NCBI RefSeq assembly: GCF_006345805.1 | Contig: NC_043003.1 | Span: 59,334,001-59,398,000 of the forward strand | DNA from: Octopus sinensis | Lineage: Eukaryota | Direction of reading: 5' to 3' | Length of the DNA stretch: 64,000 bases | Shown: piece by piece, positions 50,765 through 64,000 of the stretch | Numbering within the stretch: the stretch's first letter is position 1 | How the letters are laid out: every line of letters begins with the position of its first letter | Translations under genes and position numbers: made by a program | The notes under the pieces: generated by a model | The model's input: the letters and a program-made list of their open reading frames with translations, nothing else | What the model was told of the DNA's origin: nothing | The model's database searches: none

Positions 50765-50860
50765 CCATTCTACTTCAGTTACGTTGATAATGCTCTTGAG
50801 AAAGGCGTGAACGACACTGCCATCAAGATTTCTCTCTTCTACATGTTTGATTCGTGTCTG
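50765..50860 (+). CDS. Candidate exon (PFYFSYVDNALEKGVNDTAIKISLFYMFDSCL)
   Basis: ttctcaattgcAG acceptor, CTG|GTATGA donor, 96 nt, phase 0-0, in phase with 50516-50588. Confidence 0.35.
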
Positions 50861-51934
50861 GTATGAAATCGATAGCTGGATTTATGAAGCACATATAATT
50901 CTCCAAATACTTCCAGTTTAGTAATCAATTTTTAACTATAAATGATACTAAAATCTATCTTATGATCGACAAGAAGTAATTCTTTCATTGCATACTGACT
51001 ACATAAAACAGAATAATTTCTTTAATGGAGCCATAAAGCATAGCTATTCAAATAAATTGAAGCATCTCAAGATTTTATTACATATGAAATGATTTATCAA
51101 TAATTTCATAGCTCTATTATGTATATTTGAAAATCTTCAGCATGAATCTTATTTTCTTTGTGATCATGATTCCATAGAAACCATTATCTAAAATATTTAG
51201 GAAAATTTAGCAAAGGTGAATAAAATACTAAAAACGAAATATTCGAAAAGTTAACCTTTTATAATTGAGTATATTCAGTTATATACTTGCGCTTCTGAAA
51301 TTTCAATTAGCTTTCATATACATATTATATACACATGAAAAGAGTAGATTTTTTTAGTCTTAAAAGAATCCTAATATATTAGGAATTTAACCATAAATTT
51401 ATTTTCCTATATTTGATCAATATAGATCAAGGTGAACATAATAAATTATATTTACCTCAAGCAATGAAAACTTACATGGGAAATACTCTGCAAATTTAAG
51501 GAAACCTGATATTATCGTAGAATTTATATAAATCTTATTGTAATGTATTACTTTATATTGTATACTGCTTAGCATGATGATGATGATGATGATGATAAAC
51601 TTGATTTAGTGGTGGGTGAATATACGTTCATACATAGATGCTCGTGTTCCCAAAAGTGAAATGTTTGCGCACAGCATTTAACCCACCAAGAAAGGATTTC
51701 AAAAACACATATATCTGAATGATCAACTGAATATAGATTTATGCTTATGAAAAGTGGAAACACTTGCATTTTATCTAATACCAGTGACAAAAAAACCCCC
51801 ACATTACCTAAGTGAAATTCTAACTTTAGGTAGCTTGGATCATCTGTGGCAGCTTTTGACTGAATCATGAATAGAGGGATTGCATTAAAAACGTGTAGAT
51901 TTAAAAAATGCAAAACAATTGACGAGGATAATTA

Positions 51935-52120
51935 CGCTGGTGGAAATGCTTAGCGGTATTTGGTCCGTCGTTGCTACGTTCTGAGTTTAAATTCCTCCGA
52001 GGTCGACTTTACCTTTTATCCTTTCGAGGACGATAAAATAAGTACCAGTTGAGGGTTGGGGTAGAATTAATCGACTAACCCCTCCCCAAAATTTCAGGCC
52101 TTGTGCCTACAGCAGAAAGG

Positions 52121-52122
<2 letters not shown>
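51935..52122 (+). mobile_element. SINE family B
   Basis: gaggtcgactttaccttttatcctttcgaggacgataaaataagtaccag core and tail. Confidence 0.85.
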
Positions 52123-52189
<67 letters not shown>

Positions 52190-52193
<4 letters not shown>

Positions 52194-52500
52194 TATGTTT
52201 GACGTTTGCTTTATAATTGTACAAGTTGGCTCTAAGTCTCACCCAGAGACCTCAAGAGACAACATGTTGGAAGTTCATGGTGTAGTTATGCCTAGTGTGC
52301 CATATATTTGTTTTTTCTTTTTTTTTTGGTGTTGTACTAGTGAATGTCTAAAAAAAACGAAAATTATGTTTGTTTTAAACCTTGAGATTACATAGAAAGT
52401 ATTTTGCGTAGGATATGAGCAGTTCCCACCAGCACTATCTTTTGAATTTCTGACATCTTTGGGTTTCCTGGTATCTGAGTTAGGTAGCAATCATCCCCTT
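52190..52500 (-). mobile_element. R4/Dong-like LINE extreme 3' end plus 3' UTR
   Basis: Near-identical to 53215-53520; (ATT)n on both sides. Confidence 0.85.
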
Positions 52501-52521
52501 TTGCTATTGCTATTATTATTG

Positions 52522-52604
<83 letters not shown>

Positions 52605-53158
52605 GAGTGAGAGAGCAGTTCATGCCATCAAAGTGACACTGGGGTAAAATATACGAAGCCCAATATACCCATCATGACTACCCGTCTGATAAAGGTACAC
52701 GAGGCACATGCATCACAACCATATGTGCGCGACATGGTGATCTCATATCAAGATAAACAGCACATGACCTTGCAGGTGGGGCCCAGTTAGAATTTTCTTC
52801 AGGTTGAGTAGCCCATCCCGCTCAAACGGTCCCTGAATAAGGGTTGTTTAAGGATGTTGAAAGAACCACCCATGTTTCCAGAGGTGAACTATTCAAACCC
52901 CAACGAATCCCTCTCAACACATGGCTATGATGCTCCCCCACTACTTCTGCTCGTGATCAGAGATGCACATATCGTCAGCCACTAAGGGACATGCTCAACT
53001 GGTTAAGGTCAAACAACTGACAAGCAAATCTGTGGTATTGAGCAGAATATTTGCTGTAGCCCATCTTTTATACCAAGACAAAACAATGTACATGATAACA
53101 CTTCCAATCAGTTAAGATCAGAAGCCATGAGAGCCACTGCCTGGTACTTCATCAGGGC

Positions 53159-53160
<2 letters not shown>
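52605..53160 (-). mobile_element. ~555-bp non-coding interspersed element in (AAT)n, copy 2
   Basis: Reverse complement of 39851-40402. Confidence 0.85.
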
Positions 53161-53211
<51 letters not shown>

Positions 53212-53217
<6 letters not shown>

Positions 53218-53790
53218 GTTTTACTTTTGTTTTATGTCTGTACAAGTTGGCTCCAAGTCTCACCCAGAGACCTCAAGAGACAACAGGTTGGAAGTTCTGT
53301 GCCATATATTTGGGGTTTTTTTTTTTTTTGGTGTTGTACTAGTGAATGTCTAATACATAAAATAAATAAATAAATAAGTAAATAAAAAAAAGTTTGTTTT
53401 AAACCTTGGGATTACATAGAGAGTATTTTGCGTAGGATATGAGCAGTTCCCATGAGCACTATCTTTTGAATTTCTGCCATTTTGGGGTTTCCTGATATCT
53501 GAGTTAGGTAGCAATCAGTCCCTTTCGCTAACATTCCCAGGGCACCTATGACAACAGGTATTGTTTTAGTCTTCAGCTTCCACATTTTGCTGATTTCTAT
53601 TTCAAGATCTTTATATTTGCTCCGTTTTTGGTAGGTCTTGACAGATACGTTTATATCGATTGGGACAGTCATATCAATGAGGAGGCATGTTCTTTGTCTG
53701 AAGTCTTTCAATATAATGTCTGGCCTATTTGCATCTATCTTCCTGTCAGTTTGAATGGTGAAGTTCCAGAGGAGTGAGATGTGGTCATTG
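53212..53790 (-). mobile_element. R4/Dong-like REL-endonuclease LINE 3' fragment with 3' UTR
   Basis: LLWNFTIQTDRKIDANRPDIILKD...CLLIDMTVP...KRSKYKDLEIEISKMW...IPVVIGALG...GTAHILRKIL: PD-(D/E)xK restriction-like endonuclease; open 53790-53412. Confidence 0.88.
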
Positions 53791-53811
53791 ATTGATTGAT
53801 TCTAGTTTCAG

Positions 53812-54060
<249 letters not shown>

Positions 54061-54064
54061 TATT

Positions 54065-54390
54065 GTTTTACTTTCAATCTACATGTTTGTTATAGCCACT
54101 TGCCGAGACACACCCAGCGTCATGGGGCAAGTGAAGGATAAGATATGTTATAGTATGACTGAAAGTTTGCGGATGGGAAGTAGCGAGATATCTTCAAGTA
54201 ATACAACACAGACATATAAATGGATAGGATTTCTCTTAGACAGGGTTCTCCTGGGATCTTATCTAGATATTTCTGACATCCCTTTTAATCATACCTAGGT
54301 CACCTACAATAAGATACCACATATTTTGTATTTCTATTTCCAGGTACTTATGCTTACTTGATTTGTCAAATTCATTGATCGTGGATTTTT
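54065..54390 (-). mobile_element. R4/Dong-like REL LINE 3' fragment (further subfamily), decayed
   Basis: Minus: NEFDKSSKHKYLEIEIQNMW..IVGDLGMIK. Confidence 0.65.
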
Positions 54391-54399
54391 ATCAGTGGG

Positions 54400-55455
54400 A
54401 ACATTTACATCTATCAGTCAACAATTACTTTCATCCCCGTTTTTAACAAATTATTATTATTATTATTATTGTTTGATTGTTCGCTTGTTCGTGGACAAGA
54501 TATCTCAAGAACAGCTGGATGGATTCGGATGAAACTTTCAGGGATGATTGGCCACGGGACAGGCACGAACTGCTTAGATTTTCGGATCGATCCGGTACTG
54601 GACAAGAATTCCATATTTAATTTACTTTACATGAAGTATTACGATATTACGTTCACTTTCAAGTCTTTCATTGATTATCTCCCTTGAAAGTACGCTCATG
54701 GTTTCCACGTAAGCTATGGCGGCGTTGTTGCTTCCAAAGTTTTATTTTCGTTTTATTCGTGTCTCTATCTTAGTAGAAACTGATGGATAAAGAAATCAAA
54801 CTACATAAACAACCGAAGCAAAACCGTTCAGAAATTAAATAACACTAACATATTCAGTAACAATAATAGATTTAAGTTATCCTCGACAATTTTTAGCTTC
54901 ACCAATTTTGAATATATCGCTCCTGTTTAAAGCCTTTGACCTACGTGACAGTTGCATTTCTAGCTCTGCCTTGAAGGAAGCTTTACTTCTTCGACTCACG
55001 TTTTTGTGGGCAACGATGCTGTTAAACCTATGTTAACAGCATCGTATATAGGTCCTTTTCGTTTTCTTTCAGGCACGGATAATCATAGTCATTAATGGTC
55101 GTAAATACACTATTTCAGCGGATAGAATAAAAAAGGCCTTCACAAAGAAAACTGTCACTATTTTACTGCAGACGACACACACACACACAGCATTACAAAC
55201 ACTGCTTGCACACCCACCTTCACATTCCATGACTACCATTGGAATCGATCAGGTACCGGACAAGGATTCTGGATTACTTTCGGTTTTTTTTTTACATAAT
55301 TTCTGAGAGCAATCGGGTTCGCTCTTAGTATTCTTGCTTGCGAGAGCAGTTGAGTATATTTCAGATATTCTCATTTTAAAAATCATTCCCAACTAATCGT
55401 TGAGAGGACGTTGGTGTTGTCTTGGCGGAGGTTTGCTCTCACTGAGTGCTCTATT
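54400..55455 (+). mobile_element. Non-autonomous Helentron/Helitron-like element(s)
   Basis: gctggatggattcggatgaaactttcaggga...gattttcggatcgatccgg body and ttggcggaggtttgctctcactgagtgctcta 3' end; recognised by resemblance only. Confidence 0.45.
54960..55150 (+). mobile_element. Gypsy integrase C-terminal fragment
   Basis: THVFVGNDAVKPMLTASYIGPFR / IVINGRKYTISADRIKKA resembles Gypsy HVFVR.DAV..PL...Y.GPF...NG...+S.DRLK.A. Confidence 0.65.
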
Positions 55456-55838
55456 TCTTCTTCTTCTTCTTCTTCTTATTATTATTATTATCATGATCCT
55501 CCTCCTCCTCCACCGACTCATGATCATCATCACCATTACCCCATGATCATCATCCTCATCTTCATAATCATAATAATTATTAGTGGTGGTGGTTGTAGTA
55601 GCAGTTGTAGTAGTAGTAATAGTGGTAGTATTAGTAGTAGTATTTATATTAGTATTAGTTGTAGTAGTAGTAGCAGCAGTAATGATGATGAGTAGATGCA
55701 CGATCAGATATTTTGGCGAGGATATTGAGTAGTCGATTAAATATCTTGGCTTCTTCATAGGTCTTTAATGATCAATTCACGGATGAAAGACATTTCAGTT
55801 GTTACTAACCATTCTTTCCTTCCTTTGGCTGTTTTCAG

Positions 55839-55891
55839 AAGTGAATTATCTTATGCATCCTTCCTATGTCTAGGAGTATATAATCTTTGCG
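55839..55891 (+). CDS. Candidate exon (SELSYASFLCLGVYNLC)
   Basis: ttccttcctttggctgttttcAG acceptor, GCG|GTAACA donor. Confidence 0.3.
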
Positions 55892-57070
55892 GTAACATGA
55901 ATTTAGCTGATACTCCTCGCACGATGAGATGCCAGACTAAAGTTCTAGAGTTTGCTCAAAGTCTACATATCTTTGTGAAAGCATGGTTGCATATTAGATT
56001 AAAGTTCTAAAATTTGGCTCCTTTTAATCAGTAACATTGTTTCTTAAAGAAAAAAATTGCTTAGAGTTTCATTTTTCGCGGGGCATTATATGCAAGGGAA
56101 ACTAAATCTATTGGTGAGTGTAAAATAACATTTCTCTGGTTGCCCCTTCAGAAGATAATTTGCTTTCTTTATAATTATTCGATGATAATATAGAAAACAA
56201 AGTCACTAAAGTGTTGTTAAAGAATAAGGAATTGGTTAGTCATTCAACTATAGCCGATGGATACGCCCAGTGTCAAATAAATGAAAGCAGATTTTTTTTG
56301 TGTGTGTAGTCTCACTAAAATGAACTGCTTAAGGGTAATTGTTAAAGTCTTTCAGATCCGTTTCTAGGCTTTTCCGTCAGTTAGTGTCAAATATTGCTGC
56401 TTTAGGTTTCCTTAAATTCGTCATTCCCTTTCCATGGCTCCCGGTGCGATGCTATCTTGATTTCCGACTGATGAGTTTCTTTTAGTTTTTTTTTATTGTT
56501 TGTTTGTTTATGACATGATGAAACCAAGTGCATATTTCTTTATTCCTATATTAAATGACAAAGCAAGCTAACGAAATGAGAAAATATAAAGAAAATTATT
56601 TCTTTCTTTCGCTATTTAGATTTCCTGAAGACCACACCATAAACGAAAACATGTACCAAATTAAACTTTACTGAAAGATAAAAAAAAAAGGGGGGAATGA
56701 AGAGGAGCTGATGTTCGTAGTTCTTGTTACTTATTTCGTTATTTTTCTAGTGTTTGTATTTTCATTTCAAAACTATAAAATTTAGTATTAATTACAGTCG
56801 CATAACATTATTCCTGTTCAAATTACTAAAAGTTTAAATATGATTTTCAGCTTAAATAGACTTAAGAATACATCACTAAATAGAAGAATACTCACACAAA
56901 CCTATGTATATACATATATACGTAAGTGTAACCACTACACATTCTTTATTTTCTCTCATTGTTTCTTTCTATGTTCCTTAATGTGGAAGAGCGTAGGCTT
57001 GAAGCGTTAAGGACTTTTTCACTTCCCGAGCGTTATACTAATACATCTGTTAGTTGTCTACACCACCTGT

Positions 57071-57129
<59 letters not shown>

Positions 57130-57859
57130 ATATATATCAAAACTTGCTGCCTAGATAGGCAAGGTAGGCAGTGCCTGCCTTGAATATATATGCAAAATAT
57201 GCACCTAATTCAATAAAATTATGAAGGTTACTCTAAATACTATGCATAAATTGTTCAAAAATTTGAAAGCAATATTTATTCCACAGTACATTCCATTCAT
57301 GTTGGTGATGTTAGTGCTACTGGTGTTATTAAACCCGGGTAGAACCTGATAAAGCTGTTAAAAAATTTAAAACATCCGATTTGTGACCATCCCGTCTATC
57401 TGGGTACCATGGAATGGCTAATAATTGTGACCTTGTAGATATTTAAGACGATAAGGTGTGATTTGAAGGACCTAGATTGCCATTTCCAGACGAACAGGTG
57501 AACATGAAGAGGATCCGTCTTTGGTTTGTGTATGCGTATACTGCATGGTTGTGCGAGAGGAAAATTAATTTGTCGTGGGATTCAGATAGGCTAAATCTGC
57601 AAAACAGAAATTCTTACAGAGTTGCAAACATTTGGATCAATTCGTCTGTCCATGAAAACAGTTTCGTCACAAGTTATAGACGCTCGAAAAAGGAGTTAAG
57701 GCTGATGATGTGACCTCTAAGTAGGCCACTGAATCAGTTTTTGACCACTTCTTGAGTTCATGATTTACTTTGAAAGTTTCCCCACCATAATCAGATAAAG
57801 TTACTTACAACTTATCTAACTTTTCAATTCATCAACTCCGAACAATATGTTGATTTCAA

Positions 57860-58030
57860 ATTTTGATACAAGGCCAGCAATATCGTGTAAGCGGTTACTT
57901 ATTTTATTGACCTCAAAAAGATGAAAGTAAAGTTGACCTCGGCGGCTTTTAAACAAAAAAACCCCTAAAGATGCACAAAATACCGCAAAGCATTTTCCTG
58001 GCGCGGTAATGCTTCTTCCGGCTCGCTGCC
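57860..58030 (-). mobile_element. SINE family B, diverged
   Basis: gaaagtaaagttgacctcggcggc...ccggctcgctgcc. Confidence 0.7.
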
Positions 58031-59794
58031 TTACTTCAAATTGAGATATTAATGATTAATAATAACACATATCTGCATTTAGTTTCATTAAATTATTTTC
58101 GGATAAGAACACTCTTTGGTATCCAGTTAAAATTAGTTCAGCTAAAATCAATAAAATGAGTTCAATGGAATAACAGAATAAAAAAACAACTATACTAATG
58201 CCCCACAAATAATTAGCCTGGTACCAGTGTAAGAATGATTATTTCGAAAGAAACAAAAACGAGTTATTATTTTTTTTGTGACTAAATTGTTTTACCCGTT
58301 TAACTGTAGTACATTTGAAGATTCCATTGGAAAAATATAAACCTAACTTTAAAATCAGACCTAATTCTATTTAATCTGAAACGACTGTTTTCAGTTAAAG
58401 CGACGTATTCTTTGCTTTTTTTGTAGAATAGTTTTGAAGATTTTATTCAGGGATAGGCAACGCTGATGTCTGTTTACAGTGGAATTATAAGAAAAACATC
58501 CATTCTGGTAAATGACGAATACTTAAGATGATGGGCAGATTGTTCACAGGGGAAAGAAAAACTAGAAAAATAAAGAATAACGAGAAGCAATGAGGCAAAA
58601 TAAAAATAATTAAATATACGATACAGCAAAACTAAAACTAATTTCTTCGAGATGTCAGAGTTTGAAACTTACGTCAAAACTTCAATCCCCCTCGGGCAAA
58701 TATTAAAGAAGAAAAATATTCCTTATATTTACGAAGGGTTTACCTTCATGCCGCTGAGAACATTATCCCCAACTCTCTGTTTCTTTTTCCTTTTGCATTT
58801 GTTTTGCAACTTAAAAGTCGAGGAAATGTGAAATATTTTCGCTATGTTTTAGCAAATTACTTGTTTTGTACTCGATGACATTTGATGCCGTCACGCATCA
58901 TCATTGCCTCAGAATTTATTCTGAGAAGAGTTGCCAGAGGAGGAGAAAAATGACTCCTTTTGCTAATACATGAATTTATCTATACAGATTGTGATGTAAA
59001 CATGAGTTTGTCGAATAAGTGAACGAAATAGCAAAGCAAAAATAAAAAGAATATGAGAGAAAATATATGTGAAAAGTTTGACAATATTTTATTTATTTAT
59101 ATATTTTCTGTCTCTCTCTTTTATGTGAATGAATATATAAATATAAATCTTAAACTAACAGAATAAACAAATAATTTGTTTCCTGAACGCAAAAAATATT
59201 TGCATTTTCTACTTTCGCCATTTAACTTGATACATAGGTGCACATAAACAAAGAAACGCGCACGCATACACTCATACGCGCGCACACACACACATATACA
59301 CACATACACACTCATACACACAAACACATACACGGGAACATTCCAAACATATATACTTTCAAGGAGTCTGGTCACTCGATCTGCTAGGAATTCCTGACAA
59401 ACTTTCCTCCTACACAAAGGTATGAAATATTGTCTATTATAATCCTCAATATCAATTTAAGTGGGATGTTTATGGCTGGAATGGTGATTTTGAAAACAAG
59501 CTTGTTCGACTTATGTTGATTTCTAAAAATCAAATAGATTTATATAATATAAGATTATTCTTTACTTCTTTTTCCTATTGACTTTCCATGGCTTTCTTCC
59601 TTTTTTTTTAGTTCGTTTCGTTTATCTGTCTGCCTGATTGTCTACTTCTATCCCTGTATAGATAGAGAATAAAAAACAAGAATAATTATTATTATAATTA
59701 TAAAAAAACAAGAATAAATGTAATTGAAAATCTATTAATAAAACAGAATGTTTCGAAGAAAATCGTTTCTCTTTTGTATACATACATACATATC

Positions 59795-59860
<66 letters not shown>

Positions 59861-61374
59861 TCACACTCACAATCTTATATACATACATGAACGCTCGCAT
59901 ACATACACATACATACAGAGACATATATAAATATAATACTATAGACTAATGGGCGAAATTGCCTTCACAGTCAGTCTACAACAGAAGAAATAATTCGGTG
60001 GCCTGGGTTATAGTTTACCTTGTGTAATTTATTCTTTAGTCTTTGATTAATCTGAATTCTATTTGTGCATGTATAAACTTATATGCAGGAATATACATGA
60101 AAATATATGGCATACACACGCACATACGCATACACACAAATATGTATTTATGTGTATATGTATGTATATGTACACACACATGTATGTATATATATGTGTG
60201 TGAGCATATGGGCATACGCACAGACATACAAACACACGTACCCACACACACTGATGCACACACACAAATATATAGATATGCATGTGCGCATATTTAGGTG
60301 TGGACGCATGTTTGTGTGTGTCTGTGTGATTTTGTTTAAATTTATTCCATTAATTTTAATGAATGCAAGATAGAGAACGTTGTATTAGTTATAGTGTGAA
60401 AATATATTTATGGCCAGAATACACACCTATATTTTTCCTTCTACGTGTTCATGAAATCATGTGGAAGCTTAGAGATTGACAGTAGCCAATAGCCTAATAT
60501 AACTTATTATTATTTTGCATATAGCTTGCACAAACGGACACATTTTTCATTAGTTGTCGACTGGGGATCTGAAGTATTTCTTCGCCTAACGACTTTATCG
60601 TCCCTTCCAGTGGTATCAAGTGGTAGTGATACAATGAGAGAACACCCGTGTTATATGGGTCACGCAATTATTTCAATTCTCCGTGTTGCCAACTTAGCAT
60701 GCTACATGTAATTATATTCATCACAAACAAGTATCAAATATTGTGCTTCACTTCTCAGTGATGATTTGCAAATCTCTCTGTGGTTTAACTCTTACGTACA
60801 TGTGAGGAAGCATTTAAAAACAGTCTTTCTGGAAACAGTTTCTATTTAGTTTCAGTTTTAACCAGATATGTCACGGCAGAGCTAGCCACAAACTCACAGC
60901 ATTTAACCGAAACTGGATGCAACTTACACGTTTTTCTCGTGCATTACGCGATTCTTACTTTTTTACATTTAAGGTGGTTTTACACGATGGGCTTCTTTTA
61001 GTTTCCCTCTTTTTCTCTCACGAGGCTTCGGTCGGTCCGGAGGCATAGTGAAGTGCCATAGAGTAGAAATGAACTCTAAACCTTTCAGCTGAAAATGCTT
61101 CTGCTTTAAATAATTCTATTTATTAACAGTATAGGTACTTTGACATGCTGAATGTTTTAGAAGAGACAAAACATAATCACTATGCCTTGATGGCATCAGT
61201 TCTGGTAAACTTGTAGCGAGGCAAATGGGATGACAGGTGGTGTTTTGATACATCGCTGTTTGTTACGAATTTAAATCCTATTGAAGTCACCTTGGCTTTT
61301 CATCCTTATGCACAGAACGTCATGAGAAGCAGCAATACATTTAGGGCAATATAAATCAACTTTCTAAAAACTTC

Positions 61375-61790
61375 TGCGGGAGTGGCTGTGTGGTAAGTAG
61401 CTTGCTAACCAGACACATGGTTCCGGGTTCAGTCCCACTGCGTGGCATCTTGGGCAAGTGTCTTCTGCTATAGCCCCGGGCCGACCAATGCCTTGTGAGT
61501 GCATTTGGTAGACGGAAACTAAAAGAAGCCTGTCGTATATATGTATATATATGTATATCTATGTATGTATGTGTATGTGTGTGTGTGTCTGTGTTTGTAC
61601 CCCTAGCATTGCTTGACAACCGATGCTGGTGTGTTTACCTCCCCGTCACTTAGCGGTTCGGCAAAAGAGACCGATAGAATAAGTACTGGGCTTAAAAAGA
61701 ATAAGTCCCGGGGTCGATTTGCTCTACTAAAGGCGGTGCTCCGGCATGGCCGCAGTCAAATGACTGAAACATGTAAAAGAGTAAAAGAGA
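61375..61790 (+). mobile_element. SINE family A, full length
   Basis: gggagtggctgtgtggtaagtagc...ggttcagtccc...gactgaaacatgtaaaagag. Confidence 0.92.
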
Positions 61791-63524
61791 GAGTATATCA
61801 GCGTTAGAAATGGATATACACAAAGATATGAACATTTTCGGTTCTTATAAATCATTTTCTTAATGCATTTGAAACTGATTTAATTAATTTAAGACACACT
61901 CAATAAACTTTTCTGAAGGTAAATGTTGAATTAAAGACGGATTAGTGACAAATAATTCTCTTTTTGTTACTATAAAAAATTTAACTACTTAAATCTGATA
62001 TTGTATTTCATTTCGTTCTGCTTACTAAAACCTAGTTTAATTTTTTGTTTCCACATTCTCCCGGATTCAGTATGTGTAGAATAACAGATAGAACAAAATG
62101 CATTGATCAGAATAATTACAGTATTAAACATTGTAACTACAGTCAGAAGCAGAAGAATAACAATCTCGTTATGTCTTCTGTACTTTCTCGTGAAGAGTTT
62201 CCATTCGTGTTAGATAACATCATCTTTTGGTTTCGCATCCAGCATTCCACAACCTAAAATTCTTCGTTCATATATAACTTATATATAAAGAAAAAAGTAA
62301 ATAAATAAATTATGCAAGTAAATATATTACGTTATACATCATGATCAACAGTAAGATACGTCTGAATGTTATTTTAAAAGCAGAGAAAGTTTCGCGTCTT
62401 TTCACTTCATGTTTTTCCTATTTTGCTTATTTGTTTCAACTTTTCAGCTTGTAAGCTTTTGTTTTCGATTGCATGAGAAATTCAATTTTGACACGCTAAA
62501 CATAGCTTGTGGTTACAGATAATCAAAATATAAATTCATCTGGTTTTGAAGCCAAAAACCTCCATAATATTTAGATTGGTCAGGCTGCAAAAATAAATCG
62601 ATGGCGGGTTTTTTGGAAGACAAGAAAACATATTTAACCGTAAGCTATTCACAAACTCCTACTGACATCAATGGCAGACGAGAAATATAATCGTCTCACA
62701 TATTCGATATGTGACACTAACTTTAGATGTTATCGTCTTCTGAGAGTGTTAAACCGAACATGATGTATAGAGGTGGCCCAGAGCATTAGAAATATTGAAG
62801 GCACTAATTTTAACTCGTGAGCATACTGTCTAATGACATTGTCCGGTATCAGTTTTGCTTATCATTACTGTGTGTGAAATGCAGCACACATAATCAGTTG
62901 CAATCTTTGCACAATTACTGTGAATGTAACGTTGAGTGGAGATATTATTTACCTTTCTTTTGCTGATGCAAATTAGACTACCATGCTTATTCCATGTCGT
63001 TCAGTCATACAATGAAAGCCACTTAATAGATTGATAATATGGTATCTTCATTTGTTTTCCAAATTCCTTAATCTACGAATATTTTCCACGGGGCAAATAT
63101 TTACCGTCTTGAAATGATGTGATATTATTTTCTAGCTCAGCTTACATACGATGATGAAAGCAACTTCTCGCGTATTAGTTATTTACAAGCGGCCAGTTAG
63201 CAACCAAATGAAATTGTAGTGCTAGAATGTCGTCTTGTATATTATAACGTAGGTTTTTATTATTATATAAGCCATAAACATACATATACTGCCAAGATAC
63301 AGTTCAATACACTCTCACACACATTCACACGCAGACACATATACTCACACTCATACAGGTCCGAACATTTGTGTAAACGAATGAAAGGGGTCCCACATTA
63401 CTTATGTAATGCATATATTACCTAATATATTTATCTGCAGATTGCTAGCAAATGATTATACCGCGATTACCCTGAATATTACCGACATGTAAACACATGT
63501 ACAATCGCTCAGGTGTCTTCATAT

Positions 63525-63612
63525 GTATACGTATGTATGTAGGTGTGTATGCATATGTGAATATATACGTATATATATATATATATATGTATGTATACAT
63601 AAGTATATATAT

Positions 63613-63644
<32 letters not shown>

Positions 63645-63650
63645 CATATA

Positions 63651-63741
<91 letters not shown>

Positions 63742-64000
63742 GGAAAACCGCTCGCACACACTATAAAAAAACCTTCTTCCATAGAAGGTTAACGACATCC
63801 TGATAAAAGATGATTTTTATAACTTTTTTTTGCTATCTACATAACGAAAACAACGGCACATTTTCAACTTGAGAAAAGTGTGTACAATTTTGTACGTATG
63901 TATGTATGTATGTATGTATGTATGTATGTATGTATGTATGTATGTATGTATGTATGTATGTATGTATGCATGTATGTATGTATGTATGTATGTATGTATG
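63525..64000. repeat. (TA)n (63550-63740) and (GTAT)n (63890-64000) microsatellites
   Basis: Direct. Confidence 0.95.

Noticed and set aside
55014-55044. 12-bp hairpin cgatgctgttaa/ttaacagcatcg
   Set aside because: Lies within the Gypsy integrase coding remnant (DAVKPMLTAS); likely incidental.
56620-56660. CTGAAGA...GAAAA-CATG-TA motif
   Set aside because: No stem I or stem II pairing.
57700-57740. CTGATGA followed by a hairpin
   Set aside because: Followed by GAAT rather than GAAA, and no stem I.

Overview
AT-rich animal genomic DNA packed with microsatellites and decayed transposons. The SINE families look like those of Octopus; I recognised them from memory and did not search. Almost all ORF-track entries are translated microsatellite or low-complexity sequence. 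There is no intact gene, rRNA, true tRNA or CRISPR array. Supported content: four tRNA-derived SINE families (~30 copies); decayed Tc1/mariner and hAT DNA transposons; fragments of RTE, Tx1/L1, R4/Dong-like (REL-endonuclease) and Gypsy elements; two Penelope-like (PLE) coding fossils; and a few candidate + strand exons of an unidentified gene. The most notable signal is outside the ORF track. Three clear and two weak minimal type-I hammerhead ribozyme motifs, each with a different sequence, sit mostly in PLE-type repeats or in short islands embedded in (TA)n. Five fold-back duplications occur alongside them, and one lies exactly at a PLE 5' truncation. A second theme is (AAT)n-targeted R4/Dong-like 3' ends together with a two-copy, ~555-bp, apparently structured non-coding element.
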